From Octopus vulgaris (taxonomy: Eukaryota): DNA of 64,000 bases. This document shows positions 41,905 to 53,700 of this stretch, in pieces (position 1 is the stretch's first letter; each line of letters starts with the position of its first letter). The position numbers were made by a program, and so were the translations under genes. The stretch is from the NCBI GenBank assembly GCA_951406725.2, contig OX597820.1, positions 7,998,001 through 8,062,000 on the forward strand. The letters run 5' to 3'. Under the pieces are notes generated by a model that saw only the letters and a program-made list of their open reading frames with translations, did not search any database and was not told the origin of the DNA.

Positions 41905-42077
41905 ATTTCAAATTTTGACAGGTGAGCAGTTTCGGGAAAGGTGACAAAGTGATTACAACGACCCCAGATAAATGGCAAAGCTACCACAGCGGAAGTTGAA
42001 CTCAGAACATAAAGACAGACGAAATGCAGCTAAGCATTTCGCCCGGTGTGCTAACGATTCTGCCAGCTCGCTGCCTT
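41905..42077 (-). mobile_element. SINE family B, degenerate/deleted
   Basis: tgaactcagaac...ttctgccagctcgctgcc. Confidence 0.75.
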
Positions 42078-42109
42078 AATAAGTAACAAAATATTTCTTT
42101 ATTGCCCAC

Positions 42110-42300
42110 AGCGGTTCGGCAAAAGAGACCGATAGAATAAGTACTGGGCTTACAAAGAATAAGTCCCGGGGTCGAGTTGCTCGATTAAAGGCGGTGCTCC
42201 AGCATGGCCGCAGTCAAATGACTGAAACAAGTAAAAGAGTAAAAGAGTAAAAGAGAAGGCTAAACATAGAGGGGACAAACAAGGACACACAAAGGGTTTA
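42110..42300. mobile_element. SINE C 3' fragment (+) embedded in a SINE B 3' fragment (-)
   Basis: 42095-42110 tttctttattgcccaca and 42258-42300 ggctaaacatagaggggacaaacaagg are contiguous in family B and are separated here by a family C tail. Confidence 0.7.
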
Positions 42301-42362
42301 AGAATTATGCAGCGACAGGGAAACTCTGAGTAGCAAGAGACTGACCCGACCGAAATAATGTG

Positions 42363-42393
<31 letters not shown>

Positions 42394-42532
42394 GACAAAC
42401 AGACAGACACATACAGTAAGGTAGGCGAAGAGAAAGGAGAGAAAGGGAGAGACATGGCAGAATGAGTTGGTGTAACCATTGGGCAGAGAATATATGTATA
42501 GGTGAGTGTATGTGTGCGTATACATACATATA

Positions 42533-42920
42533 GTGGAGACGCAATGGCCCAGTGGTTAGGGCAGCGGACTCGCGGTCATAGGATCGCGGTTTCGATTCCC
42601 AGACCGGGCGTTGTGAGTGTTTATTGAGCGAAAACACCTAAAGCTCCACGAGGCTCCGGCAGGGGATGGTGGTGATCCCTGCTGTACTCTTTCACCACAA
42701 CTTTCTCTCACTCTTACTTCCTGTTTCTGTTGTACCTGTATTTTTTCAAAGGGCCGGCCTTGTCACTCTCTGTGTCACGCTGAATATCCCCGAGAACTAC
42801 GTTCAGGGTACACGTGTCTGTGGAGTGCTCAGCCACTTACACGTTAATTTCACGAGCAGGCCGTTCCGTTGATTCGGATCAACCGGAACCCTCGTCGTCG
42901 TAACCGACGGAGTGCTTCCA
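42533..42920 (+). mobile_element. SINE family A, tail type 3
   Basis: Full head; near-identical inverted copy at 43575-43963. Confidence 0.92.
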
Positions 42921-42985
42921 TACATACATATCCATGCACACACACATATCTATACATACACATTGACTGAAGTATATGTTGTGTG

Positions 42986-43054
<69 letters not shown>

Positions 43055-43083
43055 GTATGTATATATGTATGTATATATATACG

Positions 43084-43120
<37 letters not shown>

Positions 43121-43473
43121 TATATATACATGTATATATTTGTGTGTATATGCAAACATGTGCGTGTCTGTGCGCGTGCGTGTGAATATTTGTTGATGCT
43201 CCATGCAGGAGGGGACATGGCCCAGAGTCATGGGCTTTTTCCTCGTTACATCTAGATGTCTGTAGGAGGCTGGAATGTGAAGAGGGCGATTTAGATATTT
43301 GATGAGATCAATAATCAGTGATGAGGAGGTGTAGACCCCCGAAAATATTCGATACAAACGGCACGAAGTCATGTTTCCACCTCAAAACTATAAACATATC
43401 GCCAATGGAGGTTTTGAACCATCGTCACACGTTAGTAAATACTAGTTTCTCCCCGAGAAGTGTGTGTGTGTGC

Positions 43474-43530
<57 letters not shown>

Positions 43531-43574
43531 CTGCCTCCCTCTTTTGTAAACAGTGCCGAACGTTCTTGTTAACA

Positions 43575-43963
43575 TGGATGGAAGCACTCCGTCGGTTACG
43601 ACGACGAGGGTTCCGGTTGATCCGAATCAACGGAACAGCCTGCTCGTGAAATTAACGTGTAAGTGGCTGAGCACTCCACAGACACGTGTACCCTTAACGT
43701 AGTTCTCGGGGATATTCAGCGTGACACAGAGAGTGACAAGGCCGGCCCTTTGAAATACAGGTACAACAGAAACAGGAAGAAAGAGTGAGAGAAAGTTGTG
43801 GTGAAAGAGTACAGCAGGGATCACCACCATCCCCTGCCGGAGCCTCGTGGAACTTTAGGTGTTTTCGCTCAATAAACACTTACAACGCCCGGTCTGGGAA
43901 TCGAAACCGCGATCCTATGACCGCGAGTCCGCTGCCCTAACCACTGGGCCATTGCGCCTCCAC
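43575..43963 (-). mobile_element. SINE family A, tail type 3, with 11-bp TSD
   Basis: tcttgttaaca 43564-43574 / tcttgctaaca 43964-43974. Confidence 0.92.
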
Positions 43964-44050
43964 TCTTGCTAACATACACTCAGAACCAATCTAAAAACAG
44001 ATTCAAAACAGAATATACCCAAACGCATAAACATTGTTTTTTTTTTTTTT

Positions 44051-44262
44051 CTCTTTTACTTGTTTCAGTCATGTGACTGCGGCCATGCTGGAGCACCACC
44101 TTTAGTCGAGCAAATCGACCCCGGGACTTATTCTTTGTAAGCCGCCTAGTACTAATTCTATCGGTCTCTTTTTGCCGAACCGCTAAGTTACGGGGACGTA
44201 AACACACACACACCAGCATCGGTTGTCAAGCGATGCTGGGGGACAAACGCAGACACACAAAC

Positions 44263-44341
<79 letters not shown>

Positions 44342-44505
44342 TACGACGGGCTTCTTTAGTCTCCATCTACCAAATCCAGTCACAAGGCTTTGGTCGGCCC
44401 GAGGCTATAGTAGAAGACATTTGCCCAAGGTGCCACGCAGTGGGTCTGAACCCGGAACCATGTGGTTGGTAAGCAAGCTACTTACCACACAGCCACACCT
44501 ACGCC
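44051..44505 (-). mobile_element. SINE family C, full length
   Basis: Reverse complement of 14195-14612 with internal (CA)/(TA) tract. Confidence 0.9.
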
Positions 44506-44789
44506 TATGTGTGTGTGTGTGTATGTGTGTGCGTTTAGATCATACCATTTGTTAATTAAATGTGTGTGTAAATAAGTATATATATATGTATGTATTCGTG
44601 TGTATGTGTGTGTATGTATGAATATATGAATATGCATGTATCTATATATGTATATGTATGGATATATGTATGCATGTGTGTGTGTATTTACACGGATACG
44701 TAGATATATCTATATATATATATGAATACGTATGTGTAAACACACTGGCATGTAAACACACACGCTGATATATATATGTATATATATGA

Positions 44790-44821
<32 letters not shown>

Positions 44822-44937
44822 TTTCTGCATATATGCGTTTATGTGTGTGTAATGAATGTCTGCGTATATGCTTGTGCGCATGCTTGTATGTGTGCGTCTG
44901 CGTGCATGTATGAATGTGTGTGTATGTGTATATACAC

Positions 44938-44982
<45 letters not shown>

Positions 44983-45422
44983 CGTTTAGATCTTACCTCC
45001 ATTTGTTAATTAAATCAATCAATTTAAATAATCGAACCCTTTAACGATTTAAGCCTCCATTTCGAAAGCTTCGGGCTGTTGCGTGCAATTTTCGAAGTAA
45101 TTTGCTATTTGATGGGAAACAGCTTCAAAAAATATATATAAACACACAGCAAAGACCATCCTCACTCCCTATAGTTTCAAATACTAAAATAAAACTGCTA
45201 GCTTAGCTTTAAACACCCGTTCTTCACGTATCGTCTGCCCTTTCCATTTCAAATTATTTTAAAAGATTCACTCAAGTTTAGTTCACAGCTATGGGGCGGA
45301 ACCTTGCTTCTTTCGCCTAAATAACACAGATTTCACACAGATACAGTTTATAAATTCACAATCTCTCTGTTTTGTGAGCGAAGGTGTAAGCTAGGGAGGT
45401 TTGTATGTATATGTTGATAACA

Positions 45423-45471
<49 letters not shown>

Positions 45472-45617
45472 TTGTGTGTATGTATGTATGTATGTACGTA
45501 TGTATGTATGTATACATATGTGTGTGTATGTATGTATATATACATATGTATGCGAGTAAAATGAAAAAAATATACATATATTTATATATATATATATATA
45601 TATACACATTCACACAA

Positions 45618-45657
<40 letters not shown>

Positions 45658-45832
45658 CACACACGTACCTTTGATCAGATAAGCGTATGTATACATGTGT
45701 ACGCGCGTGTGTGTATGTGTATGTGTGTGTGTATGTGTGTGTGTGTGTGTCTGTCTGTCTGTCTGTCTGTGACTGTGTGTGCGCGTGCACGTGTATCTAT
45801 ATCCTGTTATTCTTTATGATGTTGTTTTGTAC

Positions 45833-45888
<56 letters not shown>

Positions 45889-46181
45889 TTATTTTTCGCA
45901 ATCATTTTCTTAGATTTTCTATGAATTCTCTTTATTTCCCGCTAAAACGTTTCCGCACAGCACCTACCCCACCCCACCCCGCAATCAACGTTGATCCCCT
46001 TTCAGCTGCCCCTGCAGAAGATATTTGGTGCTAAATACTGAGGATTATGCAGTATTTACGGTTAATTCTATTAAAATCCAAGTTGTTTCTTTCGATCTCA
46101 GCCAAAACCTGCTGAGGGAAAATCACCTCATTGCAAATAAATTCACAATCGAGTCACTCTTTCTATTATTCTTCAAATGGT

Positions 46182-46212
<31 letters not shown>

Positions 46213-46216
46213 GTGC

Positions 46217-46252
<36 letters not shown>

Positions 46253-46281
46253 CTATATGTACATCTGCATGTATACATGCA

Positions 46282-46317
<36 letters not shown>

Positions 46318-46438
46318 GAGAGAGAAACGGGTGAGGAGGGAGGGAGAGAGATCCTTATACGTCTATGTGCGCGGGCAAATATATATATATATATATAAAA
46401 CAGTGTGTGTAGCACACACACATGTGCATGTGTGTGCG

Positions 46439-46500
<62 letters not shown>

Positions 46501-46738
46501 TATACACATATATATATATAAATATATGCGCTCACATACACACGCGTGCGCGCACACACACACATGTATATATGTGTGTGTATGTTCATAAATTCATATA
46601 CACATAAATATATTTCCATATATTTACATACACACACACAAACATATCCATGCTGAACTATATAAGATTGTCGTAAACAGTCCGAATCGGAGCGAAACTG
46701 TCAACTTTCGATAAGAAATATGTAGGTAGTGTATATGC

Positions 46739-46785
<47 letters not shown>

Positions 46786-46788
<3 letters not shown>

Positions 46789-46960
46789 GAGATTTACAGA
46801 AAAACAAAAGACGAAGACAGGTTTATGAACTGGAAGCAGGTGTATTAGTTTGACCTTCGGGAAAGTGAGAAAGGCGTTTACGTTTCGAGCCTACGCTCTT
46901 CAGCAGAGAGGAATAAGAGTCAATAAACAGAGAGAATTTTTTTAAAAAACTTGTGGATCT
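46786..46960 (-). mobile_element. Module H4, second copy
   Basis: Minus: CUGCUGA-A-GAGC(GUAG)GCUC-GAAA-CGUA at 46875-46910; 3' end abuts (TA)n. Confidence 0.65.
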
Positions 46961-47082
46961 ATATAAGTAATAAGTGAGTAACAAAGAAATACAGGTATCA
47001 ATTCATTACGGCCGTTTCCAGTGACTCAACTGAATCTTAATTGTACACACGCACGCACACACACACACACAAACACAAACAT

Positions 47083-47155
<73 letters not shown>

Positions 47156-47157
<2 letters not shown>

Positions 47158-47358
47158 GTGACCTCGTGTGTACCGTTGGCGATTTTTTTTCCTCTGTCTT
47201 CCCTTCTCGGGATCTTTCCTTCTCCTATGTTTCCGACGAAGAGCTCCGCTCGAAACGTTAAACCCTCCTTCTCCCCTTCTTTCCTAAGCGTCCAATAATA
47301 CTATATTTGTTCCACGTCCTCGCGTTGTTGTGTTTTTTGTGTTTTCTTGTTTGGATTA

Positions 47359-47362
<4 letters not shown>
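47156..47362 (+). mobile_element. Module H1, second copy (hammerhead motif 47229-47263 with U4C)
   Basis: GUUU-CCGACGA-A-GAGCUCCGCUC-GAAACGUU-AAAC; (TA)n on both sides. Confidence 0.7.
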
Positions 47363-47404
<42 letters not shown>

Positions 47405-47415
<11 letters not shown>

Positions 47416-47759
47416 GGCAAAATGTCTGTCTGTGTGTGTGTCCTTTATACAAATCCACAATTTTTCAGTTAGAGGGCTCGCACTTTCTATGGTCATTCAA
47501 AACCGTCCAATGGTGGTCGTGCACATCTTTACATTTCCCCAGTCACCCGGCAAAGCCATTAAAAAATCGATAAAAGTGACTTTTTTGTGAATTTTCTATC
47601 CAAAACCCAATCAAAATGCCCGAAACTTGAATGCCAGTTAGCTGTATGTGATTGGTCGGAAATTTGGACAGTACTCGCGTGTATGTGTATGTGCGCACGC
47701 ACGCAGCTGTATATGCATTACTAGCACTATGACCCGGCGTTGCTGTGTCATAGTGCTAG
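47405..47759 (+). mobile_element. Non-autonomous Helitron-like element
   Basis: 5' tatataaacggca...tgtctg shared with the 49146-49527 element; 3' hairpin ending in CTAG followed by T. Confidence 0.65.
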
Positions 47760-47764
47760 TATAA

Positions 47765-48627
47765 ACTTAGATATGTTTCGACCAAAGATTGGTCCAGGCC
47801 ATGTCTAACTTAATAGCACCACCTGATAGGATTATCTAAATCCTTTTTAAGTCAAGTTTTGTGTTCTCATGGTCCAGTCACATAATGAGTTCATGTTTAG
47901 TGAGTTGTATCCAATTATGGGTGGCTTATCCGGTATACCTGGAAGAAATCTGTCCAGACTCCGTTTAAAGGTGATGGGACCCTTTTCCTCTTTGATCTCT
48001 GTCGGGACAATGTTAAACAGGACAGAGCCTGTTGAGGAAAAGAAAATATGTTGCAGTGTACCTATATGCTGTGATCCTGAATTGGGCAGGGGACGTATTG
48101 CCCGTGGTCCCAGCCTTGGATGAACCTTGAAGCTAATGTTCAGGTCGTTTGGGCAATGCTGGCGGTATATTCTCCACATCGTACAAATGATGTATCACTC
48201 TCGGCATCGCTGGAAAGAGTAGAGTTTCAATGCTTTAAGGCGGTCCCAGTAATCGAAATCAGTCATGTCCTTAATTCGTTTAGTGAGTGCCCTCTGGGGT
48301 GATTCAATCCTTGAGATGTTTTGTTTTGTATGGGGAGACCACAAGGGACAGCAGTATTCGAGGTGTGGCCGTACAAAGGAGGAGAAAAGTGGAATGATGA
48401 CACCTTGTTTTCTGGACCGGAAGGTTCTTAAGATCCAGGAGCTCATCCTACGAGCTATATCGACCTTATTGTGGATGTGGGCACTCCAACTGAGATTGTT
48501 ATCAACAATTACACTTAGGTCTCTGATATTATTAGATGGTGTGAACGGTTCCCCAGAACGAAGAGAGTATGGTTGTTTTAGTATAGACTTTCTTCCAAAA
48601 TGCATCAGCTCAAAATTTCCCTCGTTC
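47765..48627 (-). mobile_element. CR1-like LINE 3' fragment
   Basis: RDLSVIVDNNLSWSAHI, VRPHLEYCCPLWSP, IESPQRALTK, YWDRLKALKLYS. Confidence 0.9.
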
Positions 48628-48640
48628 AAATATATATATA

Positions 48641-48782
48641 TATCCTTGTTGCTTATTTTGATTATAATCACCTTATTTTAAATTATATGGATATAATACC
48701 ATACTAAATTCTGGTGCCTTCAACTTAAGTACCATATTCATCTGAATCTAAATTTTTACTGAACTTATCTATAAGTATATAA
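48641..48782 (+). mobile_element. 3' fragment of module H5 in (TA)n
   Basis: Reverse-complement similarity to 49665-49783; (TA)n on both sides. Confidence 0.7.
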
Positions 48783-48786
48783 TATG

Positions 48787-48890
<104 letters not shown>

Positions 48891-48907
48891 CATATATATA
48901 CATACAT

Positions 48908-49130
48908 ATCATCATCATTATCATTTAACGTCCGCTTTCCATGCTAGCATGGGTTGGACGGTTCAACTGGGGTCTGGGAAGACAGAAGGCTGCACCAGGC
49001 CCAGTCTGATCTCGCAGTGTTTCTATGGCTGGATGCCCTTCCTAACCACTCCGTGAGTGTAGTGGCTGCTTTTTACATGCCACCGGCACAGGTGCCAGAC
49101 GAGGCTGGCAAATGGCCACGATCGGATGAT
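48908..49130. mobile_element. Short interspersed repeat with (CAT)n end (RTE-associated SINE-like)
   Basis: catttaacgtccgctttccatgctagcat recurs inverted at 49624-49655; ggctggatgcccttccta motif. Confidence 0.55.
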
Positions 49131-49145
49131 GCTTTTATATATATA

Positions 49146-49527
49146 CTAGTAGTATCGCCCGGCGTTGCTCAGGTTTGTAAGGGAAATAACTATAAAGCAT
49201 TTTTAGAGAGTTATAGCCAAAAAATAGCAAAAAAATGGAAAAAAATTATGGTAAATTTTTTTTGAGAGTTAAAAAAGGTGGAGTTGCGTCCCCTAGACAG
49301 TTTGTGGTTTGTGTTTCTGATTCTCGACCCCATGTCGAATTTATCGATTTTTTTCAGAACTGGGGGAACTTTTCAAAATTTTCGCTGCGTTAGTTTTGAA
49401 TTATGACATTGGGCTATGTGTGTGTCAAGTTTCATCAGAATCGGTTGAAAGCCGTGGTCAGGGTGAGGGTACAAGCAAACAGACACACAGAAACACACAC
49501 AGACAAACTGCCGTTTATATAGAGAGA
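49146..49527 (-). mobile_element. Non-autonomous Helitron-like element
   Basis: Minus strand starts TC(tctctatataaacggca) and ends cctgagcaacgccggg-N9-CTAG, between A and T. Confidence 0.7.
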
Positions 49528-49659
49528 TATATATATGTGTGTGTGTGTGTGTATATATAATATGTGTGTATATATATATATATATTGTATATATATGTTA
49601 TATATACATATGCTAGCATATATATGCTAGCATGGAAAACGGACGCTAAACGATGATAT

Positions 49660-50780
49660 ATATTATAGCAAAAATTTTGATTCAGGTGAATATGGTACTT
49701 AAGTTGATGCACCAGAATTTAGTATGGTATTATCCATACTATTTCAAAGTAAGGTGATTAAAATAAAAAAAAACAAGGATATCCAGAGGTAATGCTGTAC
49801 GATCATTTCATGTAACTCCATTTAATTGAACAACACAATCATTGCATCAATTTAAAATGTAGAGCAATCTTCAGCTGCACAAAGACATAGAATTTAATTA
49901 AATTTAACAGATGGACACAGTAGTATAATTATACCTAAAATCTCCAAGCAGTTAAGGAGATAGACAAAGAACATGTTGTTTCTACTTCAGCATAGAAGTT
50001 ACTAAAATTATCAAGAAGATTCTGCCTGCCACTGATTTTTTTTTTGTCTTTATGGGGTCAGTTTTAATTTATAGACTAGTTTATCAAATAACTTGTATAT
50101 CTAAGTCTGAGGGAACAGAGGGCAGTATCTATTAGGGGTAGGGCTGAGGTAGTAGACATACATTCTAGTTGGTATAGTCATAAAAAAATCAAGATTTATT
50201 ATAAGCAATATCATGAGGTTTAGTAAGGGAAAACTTAAAACAAGATGTTAGCTGATAATTAAGGGAATCGCTCACTAGCAGACTATTGATAATGAAACAG
50301 GGGGAGTCTTATCATGTGGTTAAATATTTTATCAATGTTGCTATATTGTATACAGTTAAAGTTTAGGGTTATTCAAAGGATTATTAAGAAGAATATTATA
50401 ACAAAAGGATAGAAATTTATATATACTTTTGAGTATATACCAAACTTTTAGCACAACAGAGGGAGGAAAAGAAATTATCCAGAAATAGTTTAATATTTAT
50501 ACATATTGTACACTTAAATACTAACTCATCAGATGGTGTCTGCGAATATTGATTAATTGGTATATCCTGGTATTAATAAAGGAGTATTGAGGTAAAGGAA
50601 AATGCTAATTATATGTTAATAGAATTTTAATCTAAGCAGTATTTTTATAAGTAGTGACTAGGTTTAAGAAGTTATTATTGTTACTCCCTACATGTTATTT
50701 ATAGTTTCTTAGTGGTACTTGTTTGGAATAGTTATCATTATAAAGGTCCTAATACACACTAAGATCAGGAGGGTAGAGTG
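49660..50780 (-). mobile_element. AT-rich Penelope-like remnant (H5) with decayed hammerhead at 49793-49879
   Basis: Minus: UGCAG-CUGAAGA-long stem II-GAAA-UGAUCG-UA^-CAGCA; extent beyond 49900 uncertain, no ORF recognised. Confidence 0.45.
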
Positions 50781-50789
50781 CTTACATGC

Positions 50790-53700
50790 GTAGGGGGGAA
50801 GGAGACGAAGGAATATTGAACATTCCAGAGAGGGTTATTTGAGAGGTGAATTTTCCAGGGGGGGATGGATTTGAAGGTGAAGGAGAGGAAGGGGAATAAG
50901 GAATATTGAACATTCCAGAGAGGGGGATTTGAGAGGTGAACATTCCAGGGAGGGGGATTTGAAGATGAAGGGGGAAGGGGAGGAAGAGATATTGAACATT
51001 CCAGAGAGGGGGATTTGAAGGTAAAGGGGAGGAAGGAATATTACACATTCCAGAGAAGGGCATTTGAAGTTGAAGGAAAGGAAGGGGAGGAAGGAATATT
51101 AAACATAACAGAGAGGGGGATTTGGAGGTAAAGGAGAGGAAGGGGAGGAAGAAATGTTGAACATTCCAGAGAGGGGGATTTGAAGGTGAAGGGGAGGAAG
51201 GGGAGGAAGAAATGTTGAACATTCCAGAGAGGGGGATTTGAAGGTGAAGGGGAGGAAGGGGAGGAAGGAATATTAAACATTCCAGAGAGGGGGATTTGGA
51301 GGTGAAGGAGAGAAAGGGGAGGAAAGAATATTGAACATTCCAGAGAGGGAGATTTGAAGGTGAAGGGAACGAAAAGAAAGAAGAAATGTTGAACATTCCA
51401 GAGAGGGCGATTTGAAGGAGAAGGGGAGGAAGGGGAGGAAGAAATGTTGAACATTCCAGAGAGGGGGATTTGAAGGTGAAGGGGAGGAAGGGGAGGAAGG
51501 AATATTAAACATTCCAGAGAGGGGGATTTGAGGTGAAGGAGAGGAAGGTGAGGAAGGAATATTGAACATTCCAGAGGGGGATTTGAAGGTGAAGGGGAGG
51601 AAGGGGAGGAAGGAATATTAAACATTCCAGAGAGGGGGATTTGAGGTGGAAGGAATATTGAACATTCCAGAGAGGGGGATTTGAAGGTGAAGGTGAGGAA
51701 GGGGAGGAAGGAATATTGAACATTCCAGAGAGGGGGATTTGAGGGTGAAGAGGAGGAAGGGATGGAAGGAATATTGAACATTCCAGAGAGGGGGATTTGA
51801 AGGTGAAGGGGAGGAAGGGGAGGAAGGAATATTAAACATTCCAGAGAGGGGGATTTGAAGGTGAAGAGGAGGAAGGGTTGGAAGGAATATTGAACATTCC
51901 AGAGAGGGGGATTTGAAGGTGAAGGGGAGGAAGGGATGGAAGGAATATTGAACATTCCAGAGAGGGGGATTTGAAGGTGAAGGGGAGGAAGGGATGGAAG
52001 GAATATTGAACATTCCAGAGAGGGGGATTTGAAGGTGAAGGGGAGGAAGGGATGGAAGGAATATTGAACATTCCAGAGAGGGGGATTTGAAGGTTAAGGG
52101 GAGGAAGGGATGGAAGGAATATTGAACATTCCAGAGAGGGGGATTTGAAGGTGAAGGGGAGGAAGGGATGGAAGGAATATTGAACATTCCAGAGAGGGGG
52201 ATTTGAAGGTGAAGGGGAGGAAGGGGAAGGGAATGGAAGGAATATTGAAAATTCCAGAGAGGGGGATTTGAAGGTGAAGGGGAGGAAGGGATGGAAGGAA
52301 TATTGAACATTCCAGAGAGGGGGATTTGAAGGTGAAGGGGAGGAAGGGATGGAAGGAATATTAAACATTCCAGAGAGGGGGATTTGAAGGTGAAGGGGAG
52401 GAAGGGGAGGAAGGAATATTGAACATTCCAGAGAGGGGGATTTGAAGGTGAAGGGGAGGAAGGGATGGAAGGAATATTGAACATTCCAGAGAGGGGGATT
52501 TGAAGGTGAAGGGGAGGAAGGGATGGAAGGAATATTGAACATTCCAGAGAGGGGGATTTGAAGGTGAATGGGAGGAAGGGGGTAAGAAATATTAAACATT
52601 CCAGAGAGGGGGATTTGAAGGTGAAGGGGAGGAAGGGATGGAAGGAATATTAAACATTCCAGAGAGGGGGATTTGAAGGTGAATGGGAAGAAGGGGGGAA
52701 GAAATATTAAACATAACAGAGAGGGGGATTTGAAGGTGAAGGGGAGGAAGGGATGGAAGGAATATTGAACATTCCAGAGAGGGGGATTTGAAGGTGAAGG
52801 GGAGGAAGGGATGGAAGGAATATTGAACATTCCAGAGAGGGGGATTTGAAGGTGAAGGGGGAGGAAGGGATGGAAGGAATATTAAACATTCCAGAGAGGG
52901 GGATTTGAAGGTGAAGGGGAGGAAGGGGAAGAAGGAATATTAAACATTCCAGAGAGGGGGATTTGAAGGTGAAGGGGAGAGTAAGGAATGGAAGGAATAT
53001 TGAACATTCCAGAGAGGGGGATTTGAAGGTGAAGGGGAGGAAGGGATGGAAGGAATATTAAACATTCCAGAGAGGGGGATTTGAAGGTGAAGGAGGAAGG
53101 GATGGAAGGAATATTGAACATTCCAGAGAGGGGGATTTGAAGGTGAAGGGGAGGAAAGGATGGTAGGAATATTGAACATTCCAGAGAGGGGGATTTGAGG
53201 GTGAAGGGGAGGAAGGGATGGAAGGAATATTGAACATTCCAGTGAGGGGGATTTGAAGGTGAAGGGGAGGAAGGGGAGGAAGGAATATTGAACATTCCAG
53301 AGAGGGGGATTTGAAGGTGAAGGGGAGGAAGGGATGGAAGGAATATTAAACATTCCAGAGAGGGGGATTTGAAGGTGAAGGGAAGGAAGGGATGGAAGGA
53401 ATATTGAACATTCCAGAGAGGGGGATTTGAAGGTGAAGGGGAGGAAGGGATGGAAGGAATATTGAACATTCCAGAGAGGGGGATTTGAAGGTGAAGGGGA
53501 GGAAGGAATGGTAGGAATATTGAACATTCCAGAGAGGGGGATTTGAGGGTGAAGGGGAGGAAGGGATGGAAGGAATATTGAACATTCCAGAGAGGGGGAT
53601 TTGAAGGTGAAGGGGAGGAAGGGATGGAAGGAATATTGAACATTCCAGAGAGGGGGATTTGAAGGTGAAGGGGAGGAGGAAGGAATGGAAGGAATATTAA

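Noticed and set aside
50128-50150. Similarity (minus ctcagccctacccctaa) to the 24.7-kb minisatellite unit
   Set aside because: Short, mismatched and low-complexity; compatible with chance.
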